Shown: positions 43,281 to 48,340 of the stretch, piece by piece
Layout: each line of letters begins with the position of its first letter
Numbering within the stretch: position 1 is the stretch's first letter
DNA from: an uncultured Halobacteriales archaeon
Lineage (GTDB): Archaea > Halobacteriota > Halobacteria > Halobacteriales > SW-7-71-33
DNA: 48,340 nt
Assembly (NCBI GenBank): GCA_964593395.1
Contig: CAZQHW010000002.1
Coordinates: 1-48,340, forward strand
Direction of reading: 5' to 3'
Translations under genes and position numbers: made by a program
Notes under the pieces: model-generated
The model's input: only the letters and a program-made list of their open reading frames with translations
What the model was told of the DNA's origin: nothing
The model's database searches: none

Positions 43281-44036
43281 ATGAGCGGTGTGTTTGGACT
43301 CGCGCTCTTGTCGGGGGTGCCGACCTGGCTGCTCGCCGGGCTGTTCCTGGGAGCGCTGTTCGCCGTGCTCATTCTCGGCGCCTTTCTCGCCGGCGAGCGG
43401 TTGTTCCCCTCGCGGCGGCGCGAGACCGACGACCGGGTCCGCGGCGAGCGACTCCGACGCGAGGAGATTCGCTACTACCTGCAGGCAATCGACGAGCCGT
43501 TCGAGGAGGACGCCGCCGCCGAGGGTCGCGAGGTGGCGTTCCTGCTTTCCGACCGCGACGTGGCCGTCACCTTCGACGCCCGGACGTACTTGTTGCTGCG
43601 GGAGTCACCGGTCCACCCGATCCTCGTCGAACACGAGATGCCCGGCGTCGCCCTGGGCACCCGGCTGCCGTTCGAGACGCCCGACGTGGGGTTCGAGCGC
43701 GACGCCGACGCCGACGGCGTGGACGCGACCACCGGCTCCCGTGGCGGTCGCGGCCCGGCCTTCGACGACGCTCACTGGGGGGCGGACCGACCCGGAGCCG
43801 GAGACGCCGAGGCGGTCGGGCCTGCCTACGCCGTTCTTGGACTGCCGCCGGACGCCGACGGCGAGACCGTGCGCTCGGCCTACCGGGAGCGGGTAAAGGA
43901 GGTCCATCCCGACCACGGCGGCGACGAGGAGGCGTTCAAGCGGCTCCAAGACGCCTACGCGACGGTGCGAGAACACGCCGACAACGGCGAGGTGAGCGCC
44001 GACGGTCACGCTCAGCGCAGCGAGGAGACGTCGTAG
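43281..44036 (+). CDS. membrane-anchored protein with C-terminal J domain
   Basis: Lies within ORF 43095..44036, with the start taken at MSGVFGLALLSGVPTWLLAGLFLGALFAVLILGAFLAG (TM region). The C-terminal J domain is AYAVLGLPPDADGETVRSAYRERVKEVHPDHGGDEEAFKRLQDAY, with the HPD motif. Confidence 0.8.
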   Translation: MSGVFGLALLSGVPTWLLAGLFLGALFAVLILGAFLAGERLFPSRRRETDDRVRGERLRREEIRYYLQAIDEPFEEDAAAEGREVAFLLSDRDVAVTFDARTYLLLRESPVHPILVEHEMPGVALGTRLPFETPDVGFERDADADGVDATTGSRGGRGPAFDDAHWGADRPGAGDAEAVGPAYAVLGLPPDADGETVRSAYRERVKEVHPDHGGDEEAFKRLQDAYATVREHADNGEVSADGHAQRSEETS

Positions 44037-44788
44037 TCGACGCCGGCGTCACGGAGGGCGTCGGTCACGCGGCCCACGCCGTCGGGCGCGGTGACGACCG
44101 CGGCGTCGAGTCCCCGGCGAGCGGCGTCGGCGGCCGCCTCGCCCGGCGCGAACGTGGTGTCCGGCTCCACCCCGGCCTCGCGCAGCGCGACGACCGCCTC
44201 GACCCCGGCGGCGGTCACCGTCGAGACGGCGCCACAGGTGTCACGGAGGCGGTCGGCCTCGACGTCGCGGTCGGCGCCGACCCCGGGCACTTGGAGGACG
44301 CTGACCGCGCCCGGTTCGTAGTCGATGACCCCTTCGAAGCCGGTGACGCCGACCGCCTCGCCCCCGTCGGCGTCGGTCGTCGCCACCCCCGTGGCGGGCC
44401 CTTCGTCGCCGGGGACGGCGTGCAACAGTCCAGCCCGCATCGACAGCGTGACCGGGTCACCCTCGGCGATCGGCTCGCGGGCGACGGCAGCGTCCTCGCG
44501 GACGCTGCTCAACACGTCTTGGGTGACGTGCTCGACGTAGCGGCGGGCGTCCTCGGCGGCACCGAACAGCCAGTCGACGCCCTCCTTCGTCACCCGGTAG
44601 CGCGACCGGCCCTCCCGCTCGACGTAGCCCTCCTCGGCCAACTCGCGGATGTACTCGCTGACGGCCTGGCTGGTGACGCCGACGGCCTCTGCGATCTCAC
44701 CCTGCGAGACCGCCGGCTGGCGTTCGGCGATCTCGACCAGGATGCGGAACCTGGTCGCCGTCCGCTTGTCCGCCAGCACGTCGACCAT
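44012..44788 (-). CDS. winged-helix (MarR/ArsR-like) transcription regulator with uncharacterised C-terminal domain
   Basis: RFRILVEIAERQPAVSQGEIAEAVGVTSQAVSEYIRELAEEGYVEREGRSRYRVTKEG. A CATTTTT box lies ~27 nt upstream on the - strand. The 3' end overlaps the convergent J-domain gene by 25 nt. Confidence 0.8.
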   Translation of the reverse strand: MVDVLADKRTATRFRILVEIAERQPAVSQGEIAEAVGVTSQAVSEYIRELAEEGYVEREGRSRYRVTKEGVDWLFGAAEDARRYVEHVTQDVLSSVREDAAVAREPIAEGDPVTLSMRAGLLHAVPGDEGPATGVATTDADGGEAVGVTGFEGVIDYEPGAVSVLQVPGVGADRDVEADRLRDTCGAVSTVTAAGVEAVVALREAGVEPDTTFAPGEAAADAARRGLDAAVVTAPDGVGRVTDALRDAGVDYDVSSLR

Positions 44789-44848
44789 ACGGCCACTGAC
44801 GACCCGCGGGACAAAAATGGGTGGTGCCCCGTGACCGTCGCCCGGCGA

Positions 44849-45175
44849 CTAGCAACTCGGTCCGCAGGCGCCAACCCCCGGCAGCATCGCGGCGACGACC
44901 GCCGTCACAACGAGGAGAGCGCCGCCACCCAGAAGCGCCGTCCGCCGCCCGTACAGGTACCACGCGAGGGCTGCCGGCACGACCGCCACCGTGAGTGCGG
45001 GCAACACCACGGTGAACGTCTGCTCCGGGAGGCTGCGGTCCAGTCCCGTCGCGTCGAACGCGATGACCCAGCCTAACTTGACGACCAGCAGCGAGGCGAC
45101 CGCCACGACAGTCACCACCCCGAGCGCGACTGCCTCTGGGCCCACGCCCGTCTCGCCGGCGTCGGTCGTGCTCAT
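44849..45175 (-). CDS. 108-aa membrane protein (3 TM), C-terminal GACGPSC
   Basis: Lies within ORF 44849..45403, with the start taken at MSTTDAGETGVGPEAVALGVVTVVAVASLLVV (rc of 45173-45175). Confidence 0.6.
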   Translation of the reverse strand: MSTTDAGETGVGPEAVALGVVTVVAVASLLVVKLGWVIAFDATGLDRSLPEQTFTVVLPALTVAVVPAALAWYLYGRRTALLGGGALLVVTAVVAAMLPGVGACGPSC

Positions 45176-45275
45176 CAGTCGGTGCCTCTCCCCGGAATGG
45201 AATAAAACGCGGCGGTGCGTATCACGGTGGTCGGGTCCGTCCCGGCCGCTCGAACGGTCGACGGCGCGGTGAGGG

Positions 45276-46076
45276 TCACTGCCGGCGACTGCCCGGCTGT
45301 GGGTCGACGTGGTCGCGCGGGAACAGCGCCGCCGTCGGTTGGTCGTCCAGCCACTGTAGCAGGGCGACGAGTTGGTCGGTCGCCGCCTCGAACAGTCGCT
45401 CACCCGCCTCGGGAGAGGCGTCGGTCTGGTCGCCGAGAACGCCGTTGTCGGTGTTCTCGATCGCGTCGTAGAACGTGCGGGCGCCGTGGACCACCGTGTC
45501 GTCGTCCTCCTGCCAGTCGACGAGACCGCCCTCCTTTGCCGCCTCGACCTGCTCCTCGCGAACGAGGTCGGGCGCGATGTGCATGATCATCGCGGTCTCC
45601 TTCGGTCCGCCGTGGGGGCCGGGGTGCTCGAACAGTTCGTCGACGAGGTCGGGGATCGAATTGTTCCACATCCACTCGATCGCGTAGGCGGTGCCGTCGT
45701 CGCGCACCCGCCGGCCCACCTCCCGGAGGTGCTGGACGTTGCCGCCGTGGGCGTTGACGTAGACGACGCGGTCGACGCCGTGGTACGCGAGGTTCCGGGT
45801 GAGCGACTCGACGTAGTCCCGGAACACGGGGGCGTCGACCCACATCGTCCCGTGGAACTGCCGGTGGTGGGGGCTGACGCCGACGGTCACCGGCGGTGTG
45901 CAGAGGTGCCCCGTCCGGTCGGTCGCCGCCCGGGCCAGCGCCTCGGCGATGATGTGGTCGGTGCCCTCCGGCAGGTGGGGACCGTGTTGCTCGGTCGAGC
46001 CAAGTGGCACCACGGCGAGTGACTCCTCGGCGACGTAGTCACCCAACTCCGGCCAGGTCTTGTCCGCCAGGTACAT
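45276..46076 (-). CDS. creatininase-family amidohydrolase (candidate ArfB-type formamide hydrolase)
   Basis: The family signature is VVPLGSTEQHGPHLPEGTDHIIAE, followed by VNAHGGN. The specific substrate cannot be read from the sequence. Confidence 0.8.
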   Translation of the reverse strand: MYLADKTWPELGDYVAEESLAVVPLGSTEQHGPHLPEGTDHIIAEALARAATDRTGHLCTPPVTVGVSPHHRQFHGTMWVDAPVFRDYVESLTRNLAYHGVDRVVYVNAHGGNVQHLREVGRRVRDDGTAYAIEWMWNNSIPDLVDELFEHPGPHGGPKETAMIMHIAPDLVREEQVEAAKEGGLVDWQEDDDTVVHGARTFYDAIENTDNGVLGDQTDASPEAGERLFEAATDQLVALLQWLDDQPTAALFPRDHVDPQPGSRRQ

Positions 46077-46159
46077 ACAGAACAGGAGTCGCCGCGGCGA
46101 CTAAACCCGTCCGGTCCTGCGGGGGCGCTCGCCGGGTGTGCCAGGCGGCCCGGCCCCGT

Positions 46160-46354
46160 TCAGCGGTAGAGGTAGACGCCAAGCAGGAGTGCCCCGACGC
46201 CGACGGCCGCTCGTAGGGCGGCTTCGAACTCGCTGCCGGCGAGGTAGAGGACCGTCGCGAGCCCGAAGAAGCCAAAGCCAACGGCGGTGTGGACCCCGAG
46301 GATCACGTGCCGGGTCTCCAGCCACTCGGGAAAGATACGCTTGAAGATCGTCAT
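46160..46354 (-). CDS. 64-aa two-TM membrane microprotein
   Basis: Lies within ORF 46160..46378, with the start taken at the ATG MTIFKRIFPEWLETRHVILGVHTAVGFGFFGLATVLYLAG... An alternative GTG start lies at 46378. Confidence 0.5.
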   Translation of the reverse strand: MTIFKRIFPEWLETRHVILGVHTAVGFGFFGLATVLYLAGSEFEAALRAAVGVGALLLGVYLYR

Positions 46355-46416
46355 ACTGCGATCACGACGGCTGCTCACTAAAACAGTCCGGAACGCACTC
46401 GTTGACGCCGCGTTCT

Positions 46417-46486
46417 CGGTCGTCGCGAGACGACCGTCGACACTGTCCCAGGGTCAGTCGTAGGCGGTCACGGGGTGTCCCCCGTG
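46417..46486 (-). terminator. two GC-rich hairpins downstream of the response-regulator gene (possible terminator or RNA structure)
   Basis: cggtcgtc-gcga-gacgaccg (46417-46436, 8-bp stem) and cacgggg-tgtc-ccccgtg (46469-46486, 7-bp stem). No adjacent U-tract is present. Confidence 0.2.
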
Positions 46487-46500
46487 TCCCGAACCGCGGG

Positions 46501-47103
46501 TCAGTCCTTTGAGATGTCGACGTCGGGCATCTCGTCGTCGCCAGGAAGGTCCTGAAAGGCGCCGACGAAGTCCTCGTGGTTGTTCATGCCGGAGATGTGG
46601 TCGTCGACGCGGGCGGACAGGTCGCCGACGCGGTCGACGAGGTCGCCGTACTCCCCGCTGTCCTCGAGTTCGCGTTCGGACTTCTCCGCCTCCAACAGTG
46701 CCTTTTTCGAGGTGAGCGAGTAGTACTCCCGCACCTCGGACTCGTAGTCCGAGCGGGTGTGGACGGTGTCGACGATGTCGAGCAGGTCCTCCTTCGACAC
46801 CGGCTTGACGAGGTAGTCGTCGAACCCCATCTCGACGATGTCGAAGTCGGGGTCGACGGCGGTGATCATGACCACGCTGCAGTCGTAGCCGCGGTCACGG
46901 ATCTCCACGAGCACCTCGTCGCCCGACAGGCCGGGCATCCGTCGGTCGAGAAGAACGACCTCGACGGAGTCGCCCATCTCCTCAAGCGCGTCCTCGCCGT
47001 TGTACACAGTCTCGACGGCCCACTCCGCCTGGAGCCAGGCCCCGAACAGGTCGGCGAGTCGGGTTTCGTCGTCAACAACGAGTACCTCAGTGTCCGATGA
47101 CAT
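46501..47103 (-). CDS. response regulator: receiver domain plus HalX domain
   Basis: VLVVDDE, the phospho-acceptor context VVLLDRRMPGLSG, and VKP. The C-terminal coiled segment YYSLTSKKALLEAEKSERELED is typical of HalX. Confidence 0.9.
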   Translation of the reverse strand: MSSDTEVLVVDDETRLADLFGAWLQAEWAVETVYNGEDALEEMGDSVEVVLLDRRMPGLSGDEVLVEIRDRGYDCSVVMITAVDPDFDIVEMGFDDYLVKPVSKEDLLDIVDTVHTRSDYESEVREYYSLTSKKALLEAEKSERELEDSGEYGDLVDRVGDLSARVDDHISGMNNHEDFVGAFQDLPGDDEMPDVDISKD

Positions 47104-47211
47104 TGTCGGTGGACGAGGACCGCCTGTCGCGTGCCCTCACTGCCGCCTGCTACCGTTAGCAGCGTCATAAAACCCTCGGCGCTGGCCTCGTCCCCCCACG
47201 GACTCGGGTCG

Positions 47212-47652
47212 TCACTCCTGCGTGTCGACACCCGGTGACGCAGTGTCCGCGAGAACGTGTCGCACCAGCCAGCCCTGCACCCGCTCGCGGTCGGTCGCCC
47301 CGTTCTCGTCCGCCTCGCTGGCGCGGTCGAGCAGGCGCTGCTCCACTTCCGTGTGGTCGGGTTCCTCGCGGCGGTCGTTCAGCAGCGCCTCGAAGTCCGC
47401 CCGCAGGTCGAAGTCCGCCCGCGCGGCGTTACACCGCCCAAGCGGCGACATGCCGGCGTCGAGCACCACGTCACGCACCGTCTCCCAGTCGTCGGCACAG
47501 AAGTGCACCGACACCTCACCCTCCACGTCGCGCCAGGCGATCGGTCCCGAGTGCTTCATCTCGGGGATGGCCCGCGGTGGCAGGTCCAGTCGCGTCGCCG
47601 TCTCCTCCCGTCCGCAGAGACAGCACGGCTTGCCTGTCTTCCCGGTGTACAT
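47212..47652 (-). CDS. Cys-containing hypothetical protein (146 aa)
   Basis: Lies within ORF 47212..47766, with the start taken at MYTGKTGKPCCLCGREE (rc of 47650-47652). Further Cys residues are at HFCADD and GRCNAA. It has an acidic C-terminal half and good codon bias. Confidence 0.6.
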   Translation of the reverse strand: MYTGKTGKPCCLCGREETATRLDLPPRAIPEMKHSGPIAWRDVEGEVSVHFCADDWETVRDVVLDAGMSPLGRCNAARADFDLRADFEALLNDRREEPDHTEVEQRLLDRASEADENGATDRERVQGWLVRHVLADTASPGVDTQE

Positions 47653-47772
47653 CGTTTTTGTATCGGACCCGCGACCACAAGGATTCGTCGGCTTCGGCCC
47701 CCCTTGCCAACCGCTCACGAGCGTCCGGCGAGACGGAAAGCACTTTACCCAGTAATTACATCTCATTATCCG

Positions 47773-48340
47773 ATGTCAGAACAGCAGTCGTTCCCCGACT
47801 ACCTCGACGTCGACTACGACGCCGGCGACGGTGAGTCCCCGGAGGACTACCCCGGGACCGCCCGCAAGATCGAGAAGGCCATCGAGATAGTCCACCAGGG
47901 GTTGGAGGAGTACCGCAACCCCGCCGTGATGTGGACCGGCGGAAAGGACTCCACGCTGACGCTGTATCTCGTCAACGAGGTCGTCGAGGAGTACGACCTG
48001 GAGACGCCGCCGACGGTGTTCATCGACCACTTCCAGCACTTCGACTCCCTGATGGAGTTCGTCGACCGCTGGGCCGACCGCTGGAATCTGGAGGTCATGT
48101 TCGCCCGCAACCAGGACGTCGGCGACTACGTTGACGCCAACGACCTCGAGCCGGGTGACGAGGTTCCCGTCGACGAACTTTCAGAGCACAACCAGCACCA
48201 CGTCCGGAACATCCTCGAGTACGAAGACGACAGTTTCCCGTTCCTGCTCGACACGTACGTCGGCAACCACCTGCTGAAGACGGTCGCGCTCAACGACGCG
48301 TTAGAGGAATACGATATCGACGGCGTCATTTCTGGCGTGC
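47773..48340 (+). CDS. phosphoadenosine-phosphosulfate reductase family (PP-loop ATP pyrophosphatase) protein, 5' part only; continues beyond the right edge
   Basis: Not in the ORF track because it is open to the window end. The translation is MSEQQSFPDYLDVDYDAGDGESPEDYPGTARKIEKAIEIVHQGLEEYRNPAVMWTGGKDSTLTLYLV..., with the PP-loop variant TGGKDS. Confidence 0.75.
   Translation, partial: MSEQQSFPDYLDVDYDAGDGESPEDYPGTARKIEKAIEIVHQGLEEYRNPAVMWTGGKDSTLTLYLVNEVVEEYDLETPPTVFIDHFQHFDSLMEFVDRWADRWNLEVMFARNQDVGDYVDANDLEPGDEVPVDELSEHNQHHVRNILEYEDDSFPFLLDTYVGNHLLKTVALNDALEEYDIDGVISGV

Noticed and set aside
1-48340. Scan for tRNA/rRNA genes, CRISPR repeats, transposases, integrases, toxin-antitoxin pairs and known defence genes
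   Set aside because: I recognised none by eye. No T-loop-type GGTTCGAATCC motif, no regularly spaced repeats and no DDE/tyrosine-recombinase-like ORFs were seen. A computational scan (tRNAscan-SE, Infernal/Rfam, ISfinder, DefenseFinder) would be needed to be certain.

Overview
This is a high-GC segment from a haloarchaeon (class Halobacteria); the GC level was judged by eye, not computed. Predicted proteins are strongly acidic and third codon positions are G/C-saturated. Many genes sit about 25-30 nt downstream of short A/T-rich TATA-like boxes and look leaderless. Arg/Ser/Pro-rich off-frame shadow ORFs are everywhere in the ORF track.

I support 49 protein-coding genes packed on both strands. 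Three of these are microproteins of 63 aa or fewer; two are absent from the ORF track and the third is only embedded in a longer listed ORF. I saw no rRNA, tRNA, CRISPR array, transposase, integrase or other mobile element, so this reads as core chromosome rather than an obvious island.

Recognisable content:
- Metabolism: methylmalonyl-CoA mutase (partial), GTP cyclohydrolase III, enoyl-CoA hydratase, a rhodanese-MBL enzyme, an AAC(3)-like acetyltransferase, 2Fe-2S ferredoxin, a creatininase-family protein and a PAPS-reductase-like gene (partial).
- DNA and RNA functions: Y-family polymerase DinB, the mre11-rad50 operon, TruD and a NUDIX hydrolase.
- Signalling and regulation: a MoxR ATPase, a two-TM Htr/MCP transducer, a GfcR-like HTH-PRT regulator and a HalX response regulator.
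- Transport: a 5-gene Dpp/Opp-type ABC transporter.

Items most worth a second look:
1. A 1704-aa secreted PKD/CARDB surface protein. It has a ~480-aa central region I cannot assign and sits behind the only strongly AT-rich stretch in the window.
2. A bacterial-style hemH-hemY / hemE cluster, including a ferrochelatase with a C-terminal Cys cluster.
3. A divergent uS10 (ribosomal protein S10) paralog followed by a membrane-anchored J-domain protein.
4. A sensor-less Htr followed on the same strand by an FMN reductase, a Yip1-like membrane protein and an unannotated zinc-ribbon microprotein.

I cannot point to a clear-cut novel multi-gene system. All functional interpretations beyond motif recognition are inference.
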